Positions 9,511 to 17,040 of a stretch of 50,020 bases of DNA are shown here, one piece after another (positions within the stretch are counted from its first letter, which is position 1; each line of letters opens with the position of its first letter). The position numbers were made by a program, and so were the translations under genes. Origin of the DNA: a virus (Duplodnaviria; Caudoviricetes). The notes beneath the pieces are model-generated. The model was not told where the DNA came from, made no database searches, and worked only from the letters and a program-made list of their open reading frames with translations. The stretch lies in IMG/VR virus record IMGVR_UViG_3300033144_003463, positions 1 to 50,020 of that record; one strand, given 5' to 3'.

Positions 9511-9909
9511 ATGGATGCTTCAAAAGAGTTCCTAAAGGAACAGGGCATAATGCCCAAAATATCGTTTAAGGACGGTTTAGTTCATACAATTAAGTTAATA
9601 AACGACAAGAAAGACACAATAACAACGCCAGAGGGAGAGGAAAAACCAGGACTTAGATACCTAGTAGAAGAGGATGGAGAGAAGAAGATAATTATCACAG
9701 CGAGCATATCATTGATTTCTAAGTTATCCTCAATAGAAAAGGGATCAATGGTAAAAGTTAAAATGATAAGCACAAAGGGTAGCGATGGAAAGTATAGAAG
9801 CTCATACGTAGTAGATAAAGAGATAGACAACGCGCCAAAACAGGACAATGAAGAGGTTCCCGTTATTGAAGAGGGGGATGAGTTGTTCAATATAGACGAC
9901 ATAGAATAA
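9511..9909 (+). CDS. Putative ssDNA-binding protein
   Basis: Beta-rich core with acidic tail (..ELFNIDDIE); lies between the nuclease and the initiator. Confidence 0.5.
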   Translation: MDASKEFLKEQGIMPKISFKDGLVHTIKLINDKKDTITTPEGEEKPGLRYLVEEDGEKKIIITASISLISKLSSIEKGSMVKVKMISTKGSDGKYRSSYVVDKEIDNAPKQDNEEVPVIEEGDELFNIDDIE

Positions 9910-10011
9910 ACACCAAACCAGTTACGTCCCGATTCGTGTATAAGCCTTGTCTCGGTTAGAGACTTAATATATCTTTTGCGGTCGGGAGGTTTCTGGCTAA
10001 AATTAAACATA

Positions 10012-10704
10012 ATGGTTCAAAAAATAAAAAGAATTAAGGGGTTTACGTGGATACGTAATGAGGTCTTGAAAAATGCGGAGCTTAATGGCTCTGATATTAT
10101 GGTTTATTTGGTTCTTATGAGTCATGCGGATAACAAAACCTTTGAATGTTGGCCAGGCCTTGAGCTTATAGCGAAAGAATCTAGGCTTCATAAACATACA
10201 GTTTGGAAAAGTTTAGATAAGTTAGAAGAGAAAAAGCTAATTTATCGAAAAAAAGGTAGGGGAAGAGTCAACCATTATACAATTTTAGAGCCTCCCAAGA
10301 GTAGTACGAAAAAACTGACCGGGTCAAAAAGAGCACCTGCTAGAGGACCAAATGGAGACCTGCCAGAGGACCAAAAGAAGACCTCGAACTATACTAAGCT
10401 TAATAATACTAACTTAAAGAAGGACGATAAAATATCTAACAATATTTTACATCGTCAAGTTATGGATCTATTTAATTATTATAAAGATGAGTTTCTTGTA
10501 AAGATAAGTGATACGCCGCCGATGTTCAACGCCAAGCAGTGTGAGAAGTTGGCGCGCCCACATATTAAGGTATTGGGGATAGAGAGAATGAAGGAGTTAA
10601 TAGATGTCTATCTTGATTCGTACGATCGTTTTTTTAAGGATAATGCTTTTTCGTTATCATGTTTCTTATCGACTAAAATCATACATCGCCTAAACCAAAA
10701 ATAG
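10012..10704 (+). CDS. Replication initiator (N-terminal winged HTH, lambda O-like layout)
   Basis: VYLVLMSHAD..CWPGLELIAKES..TVWKSLDKLEEKKLI; internal repeats; upstream of the helicase. Confidence 0.75.
   Translation: MVQKIKRIKGFTWIRNEVLKNAELNGSDIMVYLVLMSHADNKTFECWPGLELIAKESRLHKHTVWKSLDKLEEKKLIYRKKGRGRVNHYTILEPPKSSTKKLTGSKRAPARGPNGDLPEDQKKTSNYTKLNNTNLKKDDKISNNILHRQVMDLFNYYKDEFLVKISDTPPMFNAKQCEKLARPHIKVLGIERMKELIDVYLDSYDRFFKDNAFSLSCFLSTKIIHRLNQK
10312..10420 (+). repeat. Putative replication origin: 23-bp-period iterons plus AT-rich tract
   Basis: ACCTGCTAGAGGACCAAATGGAG (10335), ACCTGCCAGAGGACCAAAAGAAG (10358), ACCT (10381), then ATACTAA x2. Confidence 0.55.
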
Positions 10705-10705
10705 T

Positions 10706-11110
10706 ATGCCTACGGGAATTTATAAACATAAAAAGGGATATAAAAGACCAGAATACAGTAAAAAAATGACTGGTCATTTGGTATCCATAGAAACTAAAGA
10801 AAAAATAAGTAAAGCAATGAGGGGCGAAAATCATTGGAACTGGAAAGGGGGAATGTCTTTTAAGTCCTATTCGGCAAACTGGACAGAAGATTTAAAAAGA
10901 GCTATTAGAAAACGAGATAAGTATACTTGCCAATTACGTGGCGGGGAGCCAGCGATTTGTGTTCATCATATTGATTACGATAAGCAAAATTGTAATCCCG
11001 ACAATTTAATTACTCTTTGTCGCAAGTGTCATGCAAAGACTAATTTCAATAGAGAATATTGGGAATTATATTTTAACAATTTAACAACATGGATTACGGC
11101 GAAACAATAA
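10706..11110 (+). CDS. NUMOD3 + HNH homing endonuclease
   Basis: ETKEKISKAM, NHWNWKGG, RDKYTCQ, VHHIDY..N..NLITLCRKCH. Confidence 0.85.
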   Translation: MPTGIYKHKKGYKRPEYSKKMTGHLVSIETKEKISKAMRGENHWNWKGGMSFKSYSANWTEDLKRAIRKRDKYTCQLRGGEPAICVHHIDYDKQNCNPDNLITLCRKCHAKTNFNREYWELYFNNLTTWITAKQ

Positions 11111-11964
11111 AACATTTATGGGATGTGGCAAAGGCGTATAAGCCAAACAAAGAGGTATATCCATGCGGTATACATGAGTTCGACAAGGCAATGGACGGCG
11201 GATTTAGGGATGGCGAGGTGATAGTTCTCTCCGGTCAAACGGGTCAAGGGAAAACTACATTCGCACAGGTGCTGACAAAGAACTTTACAAAGGTCAGCGT
11301 TCCCTCACTTTGGTTTTCATATGAGTGTAATCCGTGGTATCTAAAAGAGAAATTTATTCAAATGGGGTGTGATAAAAGCCTATTGGCATATAGTCCAATA
11401 GACCTAGCAACAAATACGTTAGAATTTTTAAGACAGGGGATAGTAGAGGCGATAGAAGAGAAGGCGTGTAAGGTAGTATTCATTGACCATTTACATTACC
11501 TTATTCCGTTGGATCAGAGTACTAATTCGTCATTACTTATTGGTGGGATAATGAGAGAATTAAAGAAAATGGCAGTAAAATATAACATTGTTATCTTCTT
11601 AATAGCCCACACAAAGAAAATATATCAAGACGAAGGATTGGATTTATCGTCTATTAGGGATAGTTCATTAATCGCCCAAGAGGCAGATTATGTATTCTTA
11701 ATAGAAAGATTAAAGAAAGACAAGAAAATGGGTGGTGCAAAGCATGTAGAATGGTTAAATAAAACAAAAGTTCAGATAGCCAAGAACAGAAGAACAGGAA
11801 ACATGATGTATGTATTATTTGATTTTGAGAATAATAATTTAATTGCAATTGATAAAGAACATGAAGAAATGTTTGAATCCCTGGACGAGTCTGATTCATG
11901 GGCTAGCTTTGCGAGGAACGTCCAGCATCCCGGCAAAAAGACTGGGATATATAAGAGTTATTAA
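11089..11964 (+). CDS. DnaB-like replicative helicase (C-terminal domain type)
   Basis: Walker A GQTGQGKTT; FIDHLH; SSLIAQEAD; AKNRRTG. Confidence 0.9.
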   Translation: MDYGETIKHLWDVAKAYKPNKEVYPCGIHEFDKAMDGGFRDGEVIVLSGQTGQGKTTFAQVLTKNFTKVSVPSLWFSYECNPWYLKEKFIQMGCDKSLLAYSPIDLATNTLEFLRQGIVEAIEEKACKVVFIDHLHYLIPLDQSTNSSLLIGGIMRELKKMAVKYNIVIFLIAHTKKIYQDEGLDLSSIRDSSLIAQEADYVFLIERLKKDKKMGGAKHVEWLNKTKVQIAKNRRTGNMMYVLFDFENNNLIAIDKEHEEMFESLDESDSWASFARNVQHPGKKTGIYKSY

Positions 11965-12112
11965 ACAGATGAGAGATATCGGGGAGGTATTGTATGAGGA
12001 ACTACCATTAGATAGAACCAAACAAAGTGTCGACTATCTGAATAATGTGGTAGAAACTTATAAGATATACCCCAAATTGGCGGATGTAATAATTAATCCA
12101 ATATATGAGTAG
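11861..12112 (+). CDS. Hypothetical protein (start uncertain: 11861 or 11969)
   Basis: Fills the gap between the helicase and the next gene, overlapping both. Confidence 0.4.
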   Translation: MKKCLNPWTSLIHGLALRGTSSIPAKRLGYIRVIKQMRDIGEVLYEELPLDRTKQSVDYLNNVVETYKIYPKLADVIINPIYE

Positions 12113-12512
12113 TTTCAAATGGTGTATTATAGGAATTACAATAGGAATATGTATCGGAATAGTGATAGGCAGTAATGTATTCGCCAAAGAGTCCGTTAAG
12201 ACATATTCGAGTTTCTATGACTCGTCAGTAGTATGGTGGGAGTCCAATGGTCATGTTGATCCGTATCCGGAGACAAGATTAATGGATAGAATCATATTCT
12301 GCGAATCAAGGGACGATCCAAATGCGAAGAATCGAAAGTCAAGTGCATATGGATTGTGCCAATTCTTAGATAGCACATGGGGTTATGTTCAAAAGAAATG
12401 GAACATGACACTAGACAGGCAGAGTTCCTCTGATCAGAGGTATGCTTGTGAAAGGTTATTGGCGGAAGAAGGCACGAGTCATTGGTTAGAGTCAAGGCAT
12501 TGTTGGAAATAA
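12105..12512 (+). CDS. Membrane-anchored lytic transglycosylase/lysozyme-like protein
   Basis: N-terminal TM; CES..PNAKN..SSAYGLCQFLDSTW. Confidence 0.8.
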   Translation: MSSFKWCIIGITIGICIGIVIGSNVFAKESVKTYSSFYDSSVVWWESNGHVDPYPETRLMDRIIFCESRDDPNAKNRKSSAYGLCQFLDSTWGYVQKKWNMTLDRQSSSDQRYACERLLAEEGTSHWLESRHCWK

Positions 12513-12531
12513 GGTGTATAAAGGCGGAAAA

Positions 12532-12581
12532 AGTTATCCACAGGTTGCACACTTGTATTTTATTGCAAAGTGTGCTATACT
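12532..12581 (+). promoter_or_regulatory. DnaA box + sigma70 promoter
   Basis: TTATCCACA 12534-12542; TTGTAT 12553-12558, 17 nt spacer, TATACT 12576-12581. Confidence 0.8.
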
Positions 12582-12587
12582 AGAAAC

Positions 12588-13049
12588 ATGGAGACAATGG
12601 TGAAACAAAACATTATAGATATTAAGCCAAGACAAACGGAGTTGAGGGTTTATTCAATAGTTCTTAGTTCTGGGTCAACGTCAACGTATGGGAGTAAGCG
12701 TATGCTATGGCTAGGACTTAGCTATACATTAGAAGAGGCGATATTAAGGGCTAAAGAAATGGCGTTGAGAAATTATCCCGAAGAGGGTAATAGTGTGATG
12801 TTCTGGACGCCAGAGATGTATTTAAGTGCCCCAGTTTCACAAATGATGGAGGAGGGCATAGCAGTTAGTAGGCGTGAGGTCGGCGGTGTGCCTACGATAA
12901 GTGGATTTCCGAAACTAGAACGAACTAAAAATGATATAATGAATCAAATTATTGATACTAGAGATAAGGCTTTATTTAAGAAACACTTAAAGGCGTTTAC
13001 AAAAGAAGAAAGGGCGTTTTTAAGAGATTCTTTCAAAAAACATGACTGA
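12588..13049 (+). CDS. Hypothetical protein (possibly leaderless)
   Basis: ATG lies 7 nt after the -10 box. Confidence 0.65.
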   Translation: METMVKQNIIDIKPRQTELRVYSIVLSSGSTSTYGSKRMLWLGLSYTLEEAILRAKEMALRNYPEEGNSVMFWTPEMYLSAPVSQMMEEGIAVSRREVGGVPTISGFPKLERTKNDIMNQIIDTRDKALFKKHLKAFTKEERAFLRDSFKKHD

Positions 13050-13209
13050 AGAAGAGGTAAAAGAAAAATTAATAAAGGCTGGTAAAAATTGGGGAGACTT
13101 TATAGAATGGAACATTTGCACAACCGTAGGGATATATGATGATGGCTCGCTTGACTATTATGAGATTGATGTAGATAGATTTATAAGCGGAGGACGACCA
13201 ATTGATTAG
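13042..13209 (+). CDS. Hypothetical 55-aa protein (not in track)
   Basis: MTEEEVKEKLIKAGKNWGDFIEW..RPID; overlaps the previous stop. Confidence 0.55.
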   Translation: MTEEEVKEKLIKAGKNWGDFIEWNICTTVGIYDDGSLDYYEIDVDRFISGGRPID

Positions 13210-13322
13210 GGACTGGGGGTGCTTGAATGGAGCCAAAAAATGATTTGAACTACTATCTCAAGCTAAGTGATCTGAATGGCTGATAAATGGTCAGCCCCTA
13301 TAATAATTAATACAATAAAAAT

Positions 13323-13412
13323 ATGCCAAATAAAGATGGAAAAGGCCCTCGCAAAAGGTCTCCTCGCCCGAGTAGAAAAAAGGGAGGAAGAAAAAGGGGA
13401 AATTGTAAATAA
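13323..13412 (+). CDS. Basic 29-aa DUF5320-like peptide
   Basis: MPNKDGKGPRKRSPRPSRKKGGRKRGNCK. Confidence 0.45.
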   Translation: MPNKDGKGPRKRSPRPSRKKGGRKRGNCK

Positions 13413-13417
13413 AAACT

Positions 13418-13546
13418 ATGGAAATGACAAAAGAAGAAAAACTTGAATTATTAAAAAATAGGTTAGTGAGAGGAGAAATTGCCGACGAGGATTATTGGAA
13501 TGAGTATCACAAAATTAGTTGGGAGTTAACCCCTAAACGAACATAA
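13418..13546 (+). CDS. SHOCT-like micro-protein
   Basis: LELLKNRLVRGEIADEDY. Confidence 0.45.
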   Translation: MEMTKEEKLELLKNRLVRGEIADEDYWNEYHKISWELTPKRT

Positions 13547-13563
13547 TTAACATAATAAAAGGT

Positions 13564-13779
13564 ATGGATAAAGAAGAAATAATTAAATTATTAAAGTCAG
13601 GCAATTTTACAATTGCTTATCATGATAATGGAGAAGCGAGTATATATAGAGGTCATTATGAGTATGAGGAATTGCCTGAAAAAGAACTTTATAGTGCGGA
13701 AGATTTTTTTAATGGATACATTCCTGAAGTAGTAGAAATGTTGGTTAATGTGTTGGGTGGTAAGGTTGTAACGATTTGA
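13564..13779 (+). CDS. Hypothetical protein
   Basis: 71-aa ORF with A-rich leader. Confidence 0.6.
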   Translation: MDKEEIIKLLKSGNFTIAYHDNGEASIYRGHYEYEELPEKELYSAEDFFNGYIPEVVEMLVNVLGGKVVTI

Positions 13780-13807
13780 ACCCCTAAACAAGTATAGATA
13801 AAAAAGC

Positions 13808-14227
13808 ATGAAGAAAAAGAGAAAAAAAATAATACTAGAAAAGATTGGTAAAAGAACTATTAAGATATTTGACCCCATTTTTAGACAAAGGATTTATGTT
13901 TTGCTGAATTACAACGAAAAAGATTATGAAAAATTTTTGAATAGACATAAAATAATAAACATTGAAAAAGAAGATTTGGCGTTGGATAGATTCACTGGGT
14001 TCAGTACATATTTAGAAGATAATGATGGGGTTAGGGATTATTTGATTTTACTAAAAGAATTTAATTGGAGTATATTCCATCAGGGAACATTGATACATGA
14101 GATTATTCATATTGTTATTAAGATTTTCTCTGGGAATAATATACCGTTTAATGAGGACACGCAAGAGTTTATAGCACATATGACTGGAAGAATATATGAG
14201 GAAATTGCTCATAAACTATTGGTCTAA
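13808..14227 (+). CDS. Small HExxH zincin-like metallopeptidase
   Basis: TLIHEIIH..QEFIAH. Confidence 0.6.
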   Translation: MKKKRKKIILEKIGKRTIKIFDPIFRQRIYVLLNYNEKDYEKFLNRHKIINIEKEDLALDRFTGFSTYLEDNDGVRDYLILLKEFNWSIFHQGTLIHEIIHIVIKIFSGNNIPFNEDTQEFIAHMTGRIYEEIAHKLLV

Positions 14228-14281
14228 AAATTTATGACCGAAGAAGAGAAATAATTTAACAAGTATAGATAAAATGAATAT

Positions 14282-14373
14282 GGCACGGTGGCGGAATAGG
14301 TATCGCACAGAGATATTGCGCTACAAATCGGTAACATTGTAGTATTGTCAGGTGCAAATCCTGACCCGTGCCT
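14282..14373 (+). ncRNA. tRNA-like RNA with non-canonical anticodon region
   Basis: Acceptor GGCACGG/CCGTGCC; D-like TGGCGGAATAGGTATCGC; T-arm GTCAGG-TGCAAAT-CCTGAC. Confidence 0.65.
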
Positions 14374-14399
14374 CAATAATTAACCCCAACAAAAGAACT

Positions 14400-14645
14400 A
14401 TGAAGGAAGATTGGAGAGAACAATTTAAGAATCTATATTTTAACTGGCAGAAAAACGGAGATTTCTTTAGGTGTGTATTAATCCCATTTGTTGAAACGTT
14501 ATTGGAAAAGCAAAGGGTAGAGTTTCTGGGAAAATTGAATGATATTTTGCATAAGGACAAATTTGAAGAGAGCGGGGTTACACTTGAAGAGAGGGTAGAA
14601 GAAGTAATGGAAAGATATGAAGACCGAAATAAAAATAACAAATAA
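14400..14645 (+). CDS. Hypothetical protein
   Basis: ATG at 14400, downstream of the tRNA-like element. Confidence 0.55.
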   Translation: MKEDWREQFKNLYFNWQKNGDFFRCVLIPFVETLLEKQRVEFLGKLNDILHKDKFEESGVTLEERVEEVMERYEDRNKNNK

Positions 14646-14904
14646 ATGTATTTTTACAGTAGAGTTTGATCCTAAGGATTATTTTCTTGTGTATTCTAAT
14701 AATGACCCCACGATTTATAATGGTAGTGGAGAAGAGTTGTATAGGGAATATACGCTTAATCTCAAAATAGATAGATCATATAAGGGGAAAGATCCAGACG
14801 TAGGTATGCCAGTATTATTTTTAGATGTAGAAGAAGGTGAAAAATTAAAGGAATATTTTGACTTTGTGGAATATCCCGTTAACCTTGAGACAAATCATGG
14901 ATAA
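14617..14904 (+). CDS. Hypothetical protein
   Basis: 95-aa ORF in a tightly packed run. Confidence 0.55.
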   Translation: MKTEIKITNKCIFTVEFDPKDYFLVYSNNDPTIYNGSGEELYREYTLNLKIDRSYKGKDPDVGMPVLFLDVEEGEKLKEYFDFVEYPVNLETNHG

Positions 14905-15172
14905 GAAATGGATGTTTAGTGTTGTAGAAGAGGCAATACTAAATGAAGATTTTATAAAAAAGCATCCCAATATGCGTGGGGGCAGAATAGAGATATGGCA
15001 CGAAGATGAGTCATATGATGTAGAAGAAATAAGATTTATGCTACCGGAAGAGATTTTTCTACCATTTAGAGAGGCCATTGATATGAAAGAGTGTGATTAT
15101 TTTCAATTAGGCAGAGTTCGTTCGGAAGATTTAGAAGAATTTATTAACAAAAAAAATGAACAGAGAAATTAA
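14897..15172 (+). CDS. Hypothetical protein
   Basis: ATG at 14897 overlaps the previous stop. Confidence 0.55.
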   Translation: MDKKWMFSVVEEAILNEDFIKKHPNMRGGRIEIWHEDESYDVEEIRFMLPEEIFLPFREAIDMKECDYFQLGRVRSEDLEEFINKKNEQRN

Positions 15173-15548
15173 ATTTAGAGCTTGGGATAAAAAGAATAAG
15201 AAAATGATTTATGATGATGAAAGAGATATTGATTTGTTTATTGATTTTGGCGGAACGATCTGCGAGAATGAATGTCAAACATTTTCAGGGACGAGAGGAT
15301 ATGAATTATATCTTATGCAATACACGGGACTAAAAGACAAGAACGAAAAAGAGATTTATGAGGGGGATATAGTGGATTATGGTTTCAAAATCCCAGGATA
15401 TACAGAGCTATATAAAGGTAAAGTATTTTTTGGAAAAGGAATGTTTTTAGTAGATGGCGATACTCTTAACAATGAATTTCATCAATTGAATAAGTGCTGT
15501 TATCTAAAAATAATCGGCAACATATACGAGAATAAAGAATTAATTTAA
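15156..15548 (+). CDS. YopX family protein
   Basis: REIKFRAWDK..LMQYTGLKDKN..EIYEGDIV..IIGNIYEN. Confidence 0.92.
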   Translation: MNREIKFRAWDKKNKKMIYDDERDIDLFIDFGGTICENECQTFSGTRGYELYLMQYTGLKDKNEKEIYEGDIVDYGFKIPGYTELYKGKVFFGKGMFLVDGDTLNNEFHQLNKCCYLKIIGNIYENKELI

Positions 15549-15552
15549 AAAA

Positions 15553-15753
15553 ATGAGAGACGAAAAGAGAATACCAAAAATAATTAAACTATTAGAAGAA
15601 GCGTGGACACTTGTCCCGGATTGGAGGTTGGGACAGCTTATCTCTAATTTAGTAGGGAGTGGGCGACAAGATGTGTTTCACCCCGAAGACGATCAATGGG
15701 AGGAATACTTAAAAGCATTTATAGATTATTGCCATGACCAAGAAAAAAGCTAA
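15553..15753 (+). CDS. Conserved small phage protein
   Basis: MRD..RI..I..L..AW...PDWRLGQLI pattern. Confidence 0.6.
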   Translation: MRDEKRIPKIIKLLEEAWTLVPDWRLGQLISNLVGSGRQDVFHPEDDQWEEYLKAFIDYCHDQEKS

Positions 15754-16147
15754 AACAACTACACAAAAGAAGAAGCAAGCACTTGATAAAGAGCTATTAG
15801 AATTATGGAAAATGGCCTGCTATAAAGCTTGGGGCGATGAGTGTATAATATGTGGGAACACAGACCAAACAACTTACCACCACTATATACCCAAGAGTAG
15901 AAGCATAAGATTAAAGTATGATGTAATAAACGGAGTTCCTATCTGTAATGGCAAGGCACACTATAAGCTACATCATAGCGGAACACCAGATGAGGTTTTT
16001 GAGATATGCGAAACGATTAGAATAAAAAGGGGTAAAACTTGGTGCGATTATATAGATAAGGCAAAGGCAATGGATAACCGAAGCATTTATACGCTTCGCT
16101 GGTTAGAGGAACAAAAAGAGATATTAAATAATTATTTAGATTCTTAA
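15734..16147 (+). CDS. NinG/Rap-like HNH nuclease
   Basis: CIICG..HHYIPKSR..LKYDVINGVPIC..H. Confidence 0.7.
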   Translation: MTKKKAKTTTQKKKQALDKELLELWKMACYKAWGDECIICGNTDQTTYHHYIPKSRSIRLKYDVINGVPICNGKAHYKLHHSGTPDEVFEICETIRIKRGKTWCDYIDKAKAMDNRSIYTLRWLEEQKEILNNYLDS

Positions 16148-16149
16148 AT

Positions 16150-16190
16150 GGCGCACCCCTACACTTGTTGGGGCGCACCCTTACACTTGT
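16150..16190. repeat. Tandem 19-bp repeat, 22-bp period
   Basis: GGCGCACCCCTACACTTGT (16150) / GGCGCACCCTTACACTTGT (16172). Confidence 0.85.
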
Positions 16191-16424
16191 ATGCTATGCC
16201 ACCCAAAAGAGATACAAAAACTCCCCGAATATGCTAATTTCAAGGAAGATTATAAAAAATATAGGGAACTAGAATCTTCACGAAATGATCAATACCGGGC
16301 AAGGCAAAACTTAATAAAGAAATATGCCAAGTATGGGATATTTTTAACTCCAAAAGAATGTTCGGAAAAATGTCCTTATTATAAAATATGTAAAAAACAC
16401 GATAACCTATGGGGCGACTATTGA
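16191..16424 (+). CDS. Hypothetical Cys-containing protein
   Basis: C-terminal CSEKCPYYKIC. Confidence 0.45.
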   Translation: MLCHPKEIQKLPEYANFKEDYKKYRELESSRNDQYRARQNLIKKYAKYGIFLTPKECSEKCPYYKICKKHDNLWGDY

Positions 16425-16750
16425 AAAAATGTAAAATATGTGATATGGTGTTTGAAGACACTACTAGGAATCAAAACAAAAAGTATTGCTCTGCTAAATG
16501 TAGGTATGTAGCCGGGAACGAGCAAAAACGATTAAAAAAGAATGAACTACTTATATATAGCAGAAAATGTGGGAAATGTGGTAAGAAATGGGTATTTGAT
16601 TTTTGTCCTATTGACCATTGTAGAAAATACGCAGAAATGAAATGTCCCTATTGTGGTTATTCGGTTAGAGAGGATATTCGTAGTGCTATGGAGTATCAAG
16701 AGTTTGAAGATTTGGTAAGTTATTGTGATGATAGTTTGGCAGTAATTTAA
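16409..16750 (+). CDS. Zinc-finger protein
   Basis: CKIC..YCSAKCR, CGKC, CPYC. Confidence 0.6.
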   Translation: MGRLLKKCKICDMVFEDTTRNQNKKYCSAKCRYVAGNEQKRLKKNELLIYSRKCGKCGKKWVFDFCPIDHCRKYAEMKCPYCGYSVREDIRSAMEYQEFEDLVSYCDDSLAVI

Positions 16751-16754
16751 TAAA

Positions 16755-16836
16755 AGTTATCCACAGGTAGCTAGAATCCCTTTGTTTATAAGGGATTTTT
16801 GGGTGGCTTGTATTTTTTTGTAATGTATGCTATACT
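16755..16836 (+). promoter_or_regulatory. DnaA box, terminator-like hairpin and sigma70 promoter
   Basis: TTATCCACA 16757-16765; AATCCCT/AGGGATT hairpin plus T run; TTGTAT 16808-16813, 17 nt spacer, TATACT 16831-16836. Confidence 0.75.
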
Positions 16837-16855
16837 GATGTTGTTCGGGTGAGAA

Positions 16856-17017
16856 GACCATTTGCCCTTTTGACAATTTGCGAGTGATAACGAGAACATA
16901 GGATATTTTTTTAACAAGGGACTATCTAAATGGAATCCCTAAAATCGTTTATTTTTTAAGCACTAATCCTAATCGGTTCATTGGCTTATTGTGTTCAAAC
17001 AAGAGGGCGAAATGGTT
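16856..17017 (+). ncRNA. Structured ~160-nt 5' leader RNA
   Basis: GACCATTTGCCCTTTTG pairs with CAAGAGGGCGAAATGGTT; inner helices visible. Confidence 0.55.
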
Positions 17018-17040
17018 TTATTATAATTAAACAGAAAAAA

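Noticed and set aside
14282-14373. Call as a standard tRNA with an assigned anticodon
   Set aside because: No 7-nt anticodon loop could be placed; kept as tRNA-like only
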